DNA of 64,000 nt, taken from assembly GCA_001600695.1 (NCBI GenBank), contig BCKQ01000004.1:1059677-1123676 (forward strand), written 5' to 3'. The notes under the pieces were generated by a model. That model was not told the origin of the DNA. It worked only from the letters and a program-made list of their open reading frames with translations, and made no database searches. Below are positions 46,147 to 58,306 of this stretch, in pieces. The DNA is from Ascoidea asiatica JCM 7603 (lineage: Eukaryota; Fungi; Ascomycota). A program made the position numbers and the translations under genes. Each line of letters starts with the position of its first letter. Within the stretch, counting starts at the first letter, position 1.

Positions 46147-49100
46147 AAGTATTATAGTAAAATAAGTTTTTTTTTCTAATATTATTAGATAATTATATAA
46201 ATCTTCAATAAATAACTGATTAAATGAAAATAATTGTTTAACTTTTTGTAAAAGAATTGACAGGCTGGTGAAAATTTATGTGAAACAGTTAGAGAAATAT
46301 ACGTAAAATTAATCGATAAATTCTAATAGATATTTTTATTGATAATAATGATAGCTCTGAAAAAATTATATCTTTTTTTTTAATTTATTTAGAGTTTGAA
46401 TAAATAAATCTTGGGTTTTTTAAGATAATCTGAAAAATCTCTACGATTATGTAATATTCTCTGTTATATACCATATTGGTTTGACCCATATTCATGGTAA
46501 AAAAAACCAGTACTATTACTGGAGGTGATTTATAAATAGTGCACTTAATCCAATGTTACAAGAAATTATGTAAGCAGTTGCAAGTGAATACCACAAAGGC
46601 TAAATCAACTTTGAAATGAGAATGGTATCGAACAAGATTGCGACTTGCAGAAATTGAGCCAAAATTACAGCCCAGGTGAACTTACAGACCATATTTCAGA
46701 TATGCTTTAAAGTTAACGTCTGCAACTAGGCCCAAGTGTGTTGAGAAATTTTAACATTTGTTAATAAAATCCAAATTTTATATTGGTTTCAATTTAATCT
46801 GCATGGAAATACAGAGCCCGCCTGATCTGAAAATAACTAACATTTTTTTGAGTTTGAAAAGTTCTGAAAGAGGCTTGAAGCAGCTCGGTGCCTCCGGAAA
46901 TCATTAGAATGCATATCGTTAACTTAAAAGCTTTATTGCAATCCTCAAAACGGATTTCTTTGTCACAGTTTTCCCTCACCCATAATAAATTAGATAAATT
47001 ATATAAATTTGATAAAGTGAATAAATTGAATGAATAGATTGAATAAGCTACTTGGCTTAAATTGTTATAAATAGTTCATTTGATTTTTATGCCAATATGA
47101 AAAATGTAGCCATGTGATTTATCGATAAAATAGAGTGGTAAAAAATGAATTTGAGATATTTGAGATAATTTAGATATCTGAAATATCTCTGTTTGGGTTT
47201 TCACTCGTCCCCATTTTGGTAGAATCTATCAACGAAATTGAGTATCAGAAAAAGACGTGATTTGAGTAATGGCAAAGAACACTTTGATATTTGCAAGTTC
47301 TTCTTGAAAATTCACTTTTGTTTAGACACTTTTCAAATTAGCCGATGTATAAATGAAGAAAGTGAAGAGAATGAAGGGGAAAGTGGAGAGTATGAGTAGT
47401 ATGAAAAATAGAATGAGCATGAAAAAAAGAAGATATATTCAGCGAGGTTCACCAACTACTCGAAGTATCGGTAATAAATAGACCGCAGTCTAATCAGATA
47501 TTGTAGATAACGTTGATAAATACTACCGACAGTACTAGTAAATGGAAAAATAAATAAATAAATAATAATAGATAATAAGATAAAAAGAGAAAATAACGTA
47601 AAAACGTAAAGATAATTAAACAATAAACAAAAATAAACGATAAAAAATAATATATGATAAATAATAATATATGATAAATAATAAATAATAAAATGATGAT
47701 GGTTTTGCGGTATCATTTTGCGGTATCATTTTGCGGTATTCTTTTTTCAGCCTCGAATAATATTATTATCAGCAACTAAAATAATCACCTTGAAGAAAAA
47801 ATTAAATGATAGAAAATTATTCAAAATCTAAGACAAAAAGCTCTTCGAATCTCAATAAAGAACTTATTTTGAAAATTATAAGTAATTTTTCATAGATTTT
47901 GTTTCAATTTTATTTAATTTTATTTCTGTCCCACAGAATACAAGCTATGTCTAAGTTAGAGTCTTGAGGTTACACAATTACCTACAGGCTGGTACTAGTT
48001 GTACTACTCGCACTAGTAACTCTACTACTACCACTACCACTATCACTACTGAAGTACTTCTAAAACTATCGTCATTGAAATTAATTGAAATTGAAAATCA
48101 ACTCTGATTGATAACCTGTTCTAAGATTTACATTTTAATTACTAGAATCAAGCCGAAGCAAAAGGGTGGTTGACGTTTTTGAATCTGGTTGCAAAATAAT
48201 AATTAAATTTATAAATTTACTCATAATTATATTGCTAATCATCATCACCATAATATTAATAACTAAATGTACCACTATTTTAATTTTTCACCTTTTATCA
48301 CCAGTTATTCTAACTTTACAATACAACATTCTTTTAAATTACTTAATTTTAATAAAATTTTCTTCTCGTTAAAATTGAAACAATTTTAAGAATGCCTTAA
48401 TCAAAGCAAAATAATTCAAAAAAAATTGAATTGAAATGAAATTTGAAAAACATGTAATGAAATTCAAGAATTTTTAAATAATTCAGACTAAAATTACACT
48501 ACCGGTTGTGTTTCTGGTAGTTTCTGGTGGTGTTTCTGATACTCTAAGGTTACGAGTGTAAAATATGGACTTAACTATTTTTAGTTATTCTTATACAGTA
48601 AATAACACAACCCCCATAGGGTATCTAATATTTTTCTTTCAAGTGTTGAGTCCCAATACATATTTGAAATTTATGGTGTTATTTTCCTTTAAATTCCTCG
48701 CTTAAAGCTGACTTCTGACTTTCCATTACTTTCACTCTGGAACCACCAACCACTAAATAACTTCTCCTGTACTACAGCTAGGACTCTAACTAGATAGTAC
48801 AAATTGCAATTGAAATTATATGTCCTGGTACAATGAAAGTATCTTCAGTACCAATTATTCTTCAATGTTGTAAATTTTATTCTTGTTCCTGATTCAGTAA
48901 TTTTCATAAATTGACCAGTCACTCACGTGTTAATAAAAAAAAAAGGAGTCAAATTTAAAGATAATTGATTGATGTACGTTTCTTCATTGGGTATTGCCAT
49001 TAACACCACAGTACCTATCCCTACTGCATACCGATAAGTTATTTTTCGGTTTCCTCTCAAGTTATACGGAGCTTTGTCATGTTATTCAAAGCAGTTTTCC

Positions 49101-52100
49101 TTTTGCGGTGCTACTGCAACCAGATCAATCTACAATACTTACAAAAGAATTTTTTTTTTCCTCTTTTAAAGCTCATAAATAGAAGTCCTAAGCGGTATCC
49201 AATAGTTATAAAATACCGGTTTATTGAGGTGTTTTCAACATCTAACAAACAGCACATGAACAATTTTATTGAAAACAAGTCCTAATTTAACAATTATCCC
49301 ACGATTTCAAAACAAAATTAAATTATCAGAAAGAAAAGAATTTGGTTGCATAACTGTTTTTTTTCTTTATTTCTGCAAAACACTCAACACCGTTGTTATT
49401 GTATTTGACTATTGTTCCGTTTTTAACGGTTTATTTACCAAATAAGAAATAAACAAACGCTGAAAGTTGTCGATTAGAAATATTTAATCTTGAGAATATT
49501 CCACTTTTTTTTACTGTTTTTTAACATACTTTACATATTTTGTATATTTTTTAATTTGTATATTTTTCATATTTGAGAAATTTAAATAAAGATACTTATA
49601 CTTTATGTACATTATTATTTTTATTTTAATTTTTGAGAATGTCAATTAACTTATCTTATCACAATTAACAATAACAATAACAACAAATAAAAATTATTCT
49701 TTGAAATCTTTCTATCAAATCTTTCTTTGAAACTATTATTTCGAATTTGAGAAATTGAGAATCAAAGAATTTCAAGCCGATAATTGTTCAATATTTCAAT
49801 TGTTTAATTTTATAAATGTATAATATTTTTCGGTTGTTAATCTGAAGATAATATTACTATTATATTTATTATCAATATGGTAGTGTAAATACTGGTAACT
49901 GTTACTAAAATCTGAAAATCACTATTTTTGATTGATAATTCAAGTTAAATTTCAAAATATTAGCGTTTATCCTTTTTTTCATGATATTAATAAATCGTAA
50001 CGTTAATCTCAAACTAATATATTTTTAAATTGAGATTATGTCAATTTAACCAAGGTTAAAACAAAAGTAAATTAATTTACTATTAAAAATTACTGTGGTT
50101 TCAAGAAATATTATAAAATTCAAACTTATGTCAAAGAAAGTAGAAATACTCTTGAACAAGTGAATCCCGGTGAATCCCCGTGAATTATGATCTTTTGGTG
50201 CCGTACAAAATAATTTAAACTATGCTTTTTTTAAATTTACATAATTAATGGTACAGTATCGTAAAGCTAATACCGGATAATAATAGGGTAATTCAATTGT
50301 ACTGTAGTAAAGTCACTGCAAAACATTCCATGTGAGATCATTTTACTTATAAAACTGCCTATTAAATGTAGGCTAAAGAAATTTCCCTTGATGATCATGT
50401 GACCTCCTGATTCTTAAAGGATTTATTCTACAATTTAAATTAATAATTCAATATATCAAGTTACATTGCAAAAAAAAAAAAAACATCATTTCATAAAAAT
50501 TTACAAGAGTAGTAAGATATTGAATCATCTGTATTTAATTTCCAAACAGATTCAATATTAGTGTTACATAGCGTACTGTAGAATACTAAGAGATTTATAA
50601 CTCTTCATAGCACTCCATAACATTACAATCAGTTAAAAAATATTCAAGTTTCTAAAAAAATCGTAAATTTTTTACATCATAAAAATTATTTTCAATATTT
50701 AATATTGAAAATCGAAGAACAAATATTTATCTTAAAAAAAAAAATTTCAAAAATAGGGTGAATATGTTGAACCGGTATCACTGTTTCTCCAACAAGTAAA
50801 TTTGAAACAAGTACTGTATTCTAAATGTTAATACTGTATGTAGATAATCGTCTTATTTTTTGTTATTGTTATTGTTATTGTTATCCTTATTATTGTTGTT
50901 ATTATGAATAATGATAATTTGACTTGACTCGTACTAAGAATTATTAAATTTTGAAAATTAATTATTTTGATTAAAATTAATCATTTTAATTAAAATCTAC
51001 CGACGTTTCATGAAAATATGCAAATTATTTCAACATTAAGGATCAGGCTCAATGAGGTATTTTCAAGTAAAACCAACCTTAAATTCTTCATATAGATGTA
51101 AACGCACGTAGTCTGTAATAATATTACTGTATAACACTGTCTTTAACTACCACCTTAAATAAAATTGGATTTTTTTGAAAGTTAATACGGTATACGAAAA
51201 CCTTTATTAGTAAGATTACAGCTGTATACTGAATAATACATGGACATTTACTAGTTTAGTTGTTATAAAAAAAGACAATGTATGCAGTATACTCACACAA
51301 TATTTGGGATTTTCAGCGATTTGGCGTACTATTGCGTGTTATTGAAAGTGCAAATATGTTGTTAAAAATATTTTGTCTTTTTTCAAACTTCAATAACGTT
51401 GCATTTTTCCTCAGTTGAGAAATAATTTGTACTCGATTGGTTGAAATTTTTCCTCTGTTTTAGGTTTACCTCAAAAATATTTGATCAAAATTTAAATTGA
51501 TCTGGGCCTGAATGAAATGAAAAATAATAGAAATAAAGAAAACAAAGATAGACTTGGCGTGGTTACTTTATTTGAAAAAGTTATTTGATTTTAAATTTCA
51601 TTGAACAATCTATTTCTGAATGTTATAATATCCGTACCCTCCTTTGGAGAAATTTATTTAACAAAAGGATTGATAGATTATTTGCTTGTTTCTCTCTTTG
51701 TTTTTTTTTCTTTGTCTGGTGTTCCTTTATTTTTAATTATTCTATCTACATAAATTAGAAATCATTTTGATAAAGGTTTGATTTTTATTCAGGAGTTTCT
51801 AACTTTTGTAATCTTAGGTTTGAATTACAAGGAAATCATACTATATCAAAATAACAATTGTACTACTGTAATTTATTGATTTTTTTTAATTATTCATATT
51901 ATTAATAGTTTATTCTGCTGAATTAAAGTAATATTTTGATGAAGTAATCTGAATTACAGCTTAAATTTCATCACTTTAGGGCGAATTTCTACTTACATTT
52001 TTATAAATGATACTTTTAAATTTCTTTTTCGTAGTTATAAGTTTCAAAATCTGAATATGAATTTCGTAACATGAAAATACAGCCTAATACTGTAGTCACA

Positions 52101-55100
52101 TGAGAAGTGATAATAAATAGTACTGTAGTACTACATAGAGGCTTGACCAATTTTTGGTATATTTCATATGAAGTATATTTTCTTTCAATTAAAAACTATT
52201 AAAAAACTGCTCAAAAGTTATTCAAAATTCTATATTAAAGGACATTTTATCTTGAAAACCATCTCCAGCGCGTTATCTTCTTTTTTGTTCATGAAAAGAA
52301 ACATATTTCACTTTTTTTTATTTTTTCATTTATTGAAATTGTTGCCCCATACAATTTCAGTTTACAAGAAAATAGGTGGACGCGAAATAATATTTTTCAA
52401 ACTTTCACTGTACTTTAAAACCTTTTGAAGTTATAAAATTATAGGTAGAATTTTGCTAACTTTGGGTGCTAAACTGCATGTGAATACACAATTTATATAG
52501 TATCTTACCCTTTAGGTTTTTTCTAAGTTTGTAACTTTAACCGGCGCGATTGTTTTCTTTTAATTTTGTGCAATTTTTTTTACAGTCAATAGGTGTACTA
52601 TTACCGCTAAAAACAGACTGGTACTTAACGTTTCCGCCATAAGATACCTGATTGAGTTACTATTATTCAATTTTTCATTAAAGGCATTACTGTGACAACG
52701 AAATTGGAAATTGGTATTTACTAATAACACTGCTGAAAAATACCGGTACTGTGATGAAATTTCATACCGAATTAATCTGAAAGTAATTATTTTTACTCGA
52801 GTGTAGATCTACTGTGCTTAACTACTGTACAGTTCTACAGTATCATACGGGTAACTTATCATACTTATTACCTGATAAATTTTTGTATATTACTCTACTT
52901 CAGTACTATATTCTGTTCTCTTGAGGTAAGTCTATTTGCCTGTGCAATGCTTCCCTTACAATATTAAAAAAATAAACACAGTTTATGAATCTCAATTCAT
53001 AATTAATTCTCAATTAATTAAACAAAAATTTTATTTTTTAGAAGTTGAAATCTGTTGTCTCAATTTTTCTTTTAATAATTTTTAAGATACCCTTTTAATA
53101 TGTATCAATTTATGTATGTATTAACTTTTAATTTCCAATATTTGATTTTCAATTTATCTGTTATAACCTGATATTAATATACTGTAAAATGAAATTTTAG
53201 ATGAAATTTTAAGGAATTTGAATAAATTGTATGACCTTTAATGATATGATTCTAAAATAATTATAACATAGTACAATAATACAATACAATAATTTCGATA
53301 TGATACAGTAGACCTAATAATTTATAAAATAAAAAAACCCTACAGGTTTTTTTTAAAGTATTATACCGGTATTCTTATTCCATTTTCAATTTTTACTTTT
53401 TTTTTTATTATGATTTTCATTTCTATTTATTGTAATATTAATATTTATGTTCATAGTCATGTTCTACTACTTGTACAGTACAATACGTAATTTAAATTCC
53501 GTTTAAAATTCCGATTGCAACGTTAAATCTTTCGAATTCCTCACTCATAAACCTAGTAGGCTTGCATGTTCAAATCTGAAATTTAAATAAAGACAAGAAA
53601 TGTATCAAATTTAAGATTCTCATACTGGAAACAATGTTGACAATTACAATTACAATTACTTTTACAATCACTCATTTGTTACTATGGTAATAAATTCTAT
53701 ACTATTAATTTTTACTTGTTTGTTGCTATGGTTCTGGATCTAGAGTTGATCACCCACTTTAAAAGGGTATGCTTAGTCGATTAACGTTGATCAATGAATG
53801 AATGAATGTTACTAAATAGCACACAGGATTCTAATTATCTTACGTTAACCTAATTAATTTAATTAACTTGATCAACTTGTTTAACTTAATTAGTCTAATT
53901 AGCTTAATTGAACTAAATAAATTAATAAACTTAATTTTTTATTCAACATCTTTTATTTATTCAATTTTTTTTACAAAATATACTGAAATAATTTACTTAT
54001 TCAATTTAAATACCTTACGTTAACTTTACTTCAAAGTAAATAAATCAAAAATGAAAGCGAAAATAAAAGAGATATGTATACACTAAATTAATTATCTAAT
54101 TAATAAACTGTAGTAATTAAATAATAATTAACAAGTATCAAAACACTAAATCTTGAAGTGAAGTGAAATTCACCTTTTTTTACATCTCTTCACTGGCTCT
54201 TCAACCAACAACTTATGCTGCTTAACTACAGTAACGTTTCTAGATCTTAATAAATACGTACTGTAGCCAAGTATGCTCAACTCAACTCAACTCAACTCAA
54301 CCTCACTACGGTAGTAGCATCACCGTAACATAATTTCTGTTGTAAGTTGCTTGTTAGCCTTAGCAAAGTGCATTTCTACCTTCTTCTTCTACTTACCGCT
54401 GCAATTTTCAATCACTCCCATTTAGTTTTTCAAAATGCAAAAAACTTTTATATTCTATAAATATCAATAATTTCCTCACTTTAAATTCTATTCAATTATT
54501 TCAAGATTTATTTTTTTATTTTTATTATCTATCATTTTATTTCATTTATTTTTACTTGAATTATCTTTACTCATATTATATATTCATATTTATATATATT
54601 ATTTATATATATTTATAATATATTAATATATTATAACAAAATATAGTATAATATAATTAAAAAGCTATTTAGTCATCTTAAAATCCAATAAAATCATCAA
54701 AAAAAAAAAATAAAAAAAAGTCCAACTCAATTTAAAAAAAGTCACAAGAATAAATTATTTCATAATTTTTTCATTTTTTCATATTTTTATATTTTCATAA
54801 TTCTCATAATTTTCGTCATTTTCTTCATTTTATAACCTCATATTATACTATATTATACAAATCCCCAAAAAAAATCAAAAAAAAAAAAAAATATAATAAT
54901 ATCAACTATTATTTTTCAAATCAATCTTCTTACGACCTATATTATAATATATTATTAATATTAATAGTAAAATTAATTCCTATACTTTATCATTTAAATC
55001 TAATTTTTCTTATTTCTTCCTTTTTCAGTTTTTAGTTTTTATTTATAACTTATTCCTCTTTTGCTATATTAAATTACTAAAAGTTCTTCAGTAACAAAAA

Positions 55101-55198
55101 AAATCGATAAAATAAACAAATTCAAATTCAAATTCAAAAAAAAATAACTTCAAGCAAACAAAAAAAAAGCTAAATTACTCTTATTCAACTTATTTATC
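46147..55198. other. 9-kb region with no credible ORF (large promoter or possible regional centromere)
   Basis: Only short spurious-looking ORFs. Enriched in TACWGTA and ACCGGT palindromes. Confidence 0.6.
47703..47739. repeat. 13-bp tandem repeat TTTTGCGGTATCA x3
   Basis: Directly visible. The reverse strand reads CGCAAAA in each unit. Confidence 0.9.
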
Positions 55199-58100
55199 AT
55201 GACTCTTTATGACCAAGCTAATTATAATTTTCATAATTATACTTTGAATCAAAATAATTCAATTATCAATCAATCTGGTAGTTCAAATGATTCAAATGAT
55301 ATTAATCATATGAATAATGTTAATAATGTCAACAATCAAAACTTTAATATGAATAATATGAATGTTAATGCTAATGCTAATTCAAATGTTAATGTTACTT
55401 CTAATAATGGAAATTCAAACTCTTTTTTCAACTCAAATTTTACTTTAAATTCTAATTCAAATATTTCAAATGAATTTAACTCAACTGATTTTAATTCGAA
55501 TGAATTTAATCCTTTATTACACCAATCAAATTCAAATAATACTTTAAGATCTCAACCTTCAATTAATTCAATTAATGAACCAATTACTCCTTTACATCAA
55601 TCTCAAATTTCTCAATCTCAATTTCAAAATTACTCTTATCAAAAGAATTTTAATAATATTAATACTAATGTTAATAATAATTCCATGAATAATATGAATT
55701 TAAATTCAACAAGACATTCATCTTTTGCTTTACCAAATCATTTTCAATCACAATCTTTATCTCAAAATAATCTTAATTTAAATTTTTCTTCTTTAAATAT
55801 CAATGATTCTTTACCATTAAATAATAACAATATTATTAATAATAATATTAATTCTTCAGATTCTTCATTAGATTCAAGATCTTTAAGTTTTTCTTCTAAT
55901 ATTTTAAATTCAAATGAATCAACTTCTTCTTTAAATTCAAGCCAAAGTCCAGTTAATGATTTAGGCTTAAGAAATGTTATTTCTTACAAGGATTTGAAAA
56001 ATACAATTCCAACTTTAGGTTACTATGGTAGAAGACAATCTGTTGCCACTACCAAGCTTTCAAATTCAAATATGAATGGTAACATGAATGGTAATATCAA
56101 TGTTAATAACGTTAATAATATTAATGGTTCAAACACTGGTAATATTAATTACAATAGCAATAATTTTAATAATAATAGTTTTGTCAACAATAATAATTCC
56201 AGTAATGGTAATATCAATACTAACGTTAATGATTTCAATATCAATCATTCTCGCAATTATTCTCATTCAAGTAATTCTCAATATGTTGATCAATACCAAA
56301 ATCAAAGAGCTCCAACTCATTCTAATTCCATTTCAAATATGGGTTTAAATGTTTCAAACAATGTTTCTAATACTTTAAATAATAGAGCTTCAAATAGTTC
56401 CGTTAATAATATTAATAATCATTTACAATTTCAACTTCAAGCTCAACAACAAAATCAACAACATCAATTAATCAATCGTACTTCTGATCCTTTATTATTT
56501 CAAAATTATAATAATTCTAATGTTACTCCAGTTGAGAATAATTTCAATTCTTTTAATAGAACAAATTATAATGATTCTAATATGCCACAATCTGCTGGTT
56601 CAATTAATTCATTTAATAACTTTAATCCAAATATTTATAATCAATCATCAGAAATTAATCCAAACTTACAAATTAATACTTCAAATGATTTATATATGAA
56701 TAGAAACAATTATTCTCAAGTTTCTCCAGTTAATATTCAACGAGCTAATGGAATGGATAATTATTCTAATACCATCACTAGTCCATCAACTATTTCTCCA
56801 CGTCAATTAAATCATTTTAATTCTAATGGTAGTATTAATAACAATAATACTTATTCTTATGTTAATAATTCTTCAAATAATATTAATTCGAATTATAATA
56901 ACATGGGCAACAATATGAATGTTAATCATCAAAATGGTATGAATGGAAATATTAATTCTAATATTAACTCCAATGTTAATTCAAATATGAATAATTTTAA
57001 TAACTTTCAATCAAATAATAATAGATCTTCTAATATTTCCAATGGAACCAATTCTCCAAGAAATCGTTCTAATAATTATGTTGCTAATAGAAACAATGTT
57101 AGAGTTAATAGAAATAACTCTAATCCTTATAATTCTAATGTCAATAACAATGCAAGTTCTACTTCTAGTAATTCAAATAATAGAAGTAACAATAGAAATA
57201 ATAATAACTTTAGTAATAATAGTTCTACTAATGTTAATAATAATCCAAATAGTGCAGAAGCTAAAGCAGCTAGAAAACATGAAAAGGAAATTATTTCTAA
57301 ATATTCTTCAGTACCATTTGCAAAATTAACAAGCAAGATTTATACCTTATGTAAAGATCAATATGGATGTAGATTTCTTCAAAAGAAATTAGAAGAAAAT
57401 GATCCTAATATTCCTCAAATAATCTTTGGACAAATTGAACATCAAATAATTGAATTAATGATGGATGCATTTGGTAATTATCTTGTTCAAAAATTATTAC
57501 CACACTTAAAAGAATATCAAATTGCATATATTATTGGTCAAGCATCTAATAGATTAATTGAAATTGCATTAGATCAACATGGTACAAGAGCTTTACAAGA
57601 AATTATTGAAATTGTTAAAGATCAAAAACAAATTAATTTAATTGTTAAAGAATTAAAAAATAATGTTGTTAGATTAATTGAAGATTTAAATGGTAATCAT
57701 GTTATTACTAAATGTCTTACATGTTTTAGTAATGATAATATTCAATTTATCATTGATGAAATTTCAGATAATTGTGTTACAGTTGCAACACATAAACATG
57801 GATGTTGTGTTTATCAAAGATGTATGGATAAAGCAACTAAAAATCAAATGGATAAATTAGGTGAAAGAATTAGTTCAAATGCAATGATTTTAATGAAAAA
57901 TCTTTATGGTAATTATGTTGTTCAACATTTATTAGAGAAAAAGATTCAAGTTTATAATGAAAAAGTTTGTGAGAAATTATATGGATATTTAAGTGAATTA
58001 TCATTAGAGAAATATGCATCAAATGTTGTTGAAAAATGTTTAAAATATTGTAAAAATACAACAATCACAAATAATTTAGTTGTTGAAATTATCTGGAGTA

Positions 58101-58306
58101 AAAATTTATCAGAAATTATTAAAGATTGTTATGGTAATTATGTTGTTCAAACAGCTTTTGAAGTTGCAACAGGTGATTGTAAACGTGAAATTGTTGAAAA
58201 ATTTAAACCAATGATTACATATATTAGAACTACACCATATTCTAAAAAAATTCAAAGTAAATTAAGTGATGTTGAACTTAGTATTGCAGCTATGAGAGAG
58301 CAATAA
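55199..58306 (+). CDS. PUF4: Pumilio/PUF RNA-binding protein, Puf4/Puf5 subfamily, with prion-like Asn-rich N-terminus
   Basis: Eight repeats: LCKDQYGCRFLQ, FGNYLVQ, HGTRALQ, NGNHVIT, HGCCVYQ, YGNYVVQ, YASNVVE, YGNYVVQ. IYTLCKDQ resembles Puf4 more than Mpt5. Confidence 0.88.
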   Translation: MTLYDQANYNFHNYTLNQNNSIINQSGSSNDSNDINHMNNVNNVNNQNFNMNNMNVNANANSNVNVTSNNGNSNSFFNSNFTLNSNSNISNEFNSTDFNSNEFNPLLHQSNSNNTLRSQPSINSINEPITPLHQSQISQSQFQNYSYQKNFNNINTNVNNNSMNNMNLNSTRHSSFALPNHFQSQSLSQNNLNLNFSSLNINDSLPLNNNNIINNNINSSDSSLDSRSLSFSSNILNSNESTSSLNSSQSPVNDLGLRNVISYKDLKNTIPTLGYYGRRQSVATTKLSNSNMNGNMNGNINVNNVNNINGSNTGNINYNSNNFNNNSFVNNNNSSNGNINTNVNDFNINHSRNYSHSSNSQYVDQYQNQRAPTHSNSISNMGLNVSNNVSNTLNNRASNSSVNNINNHLQFQLQAQQQNQQHQLINRTSDPLLFQNYNNSNVTPVENNFNSFNRTNYNDSNMPQSAGSINSFNNFNPNIYNQSSEINPNLQINTSNDLYMNRNNYSQVSPVNIQRANGMDNYSNTITSPSTISPRQLNHFNSNGSINNNNTYSYVNNSSNNINSNYNNMGNNMNVNHQNGMNGNINSNINSNVNSNMNNFNNFQSNNNRSSNISNGTNSPRNRSNNYVANRNNVRVNRNNSNPYNSNVNNNASSTSSNSNNRSNNRNNNNFSNNSSTNVNNNPNSAEAKAARKHEKEIISKYSSVPFAKLTSKIYTLCKDQYGCRFLQKKLEENDPNIPQIIFGQIEHQIIELMMDAFGNYLVQKLLPHLKEYQIAYIIGQASNRLIEIALDQHGTRALQEIIEIVKDQKQINLIVKELKNNVVRLIEDLNGNHVITKCLTCFSNDNIQFIIDEISDNCVTVATHKHGCCVYQRCMDKATKNQMDKLGERISSNAMILMKNLYGNYVVQHLLEKKIQVYNEKVCEKLYGYLSELSLEKYASNVVEKCLKYCKNTTITNNLVVEIIWSKNLSEIIKDCYGNYVVQTAFEVATGDCKREIVEKFKPMITYIRTTPYSKKIQSKLSDVELSIAAMREQ

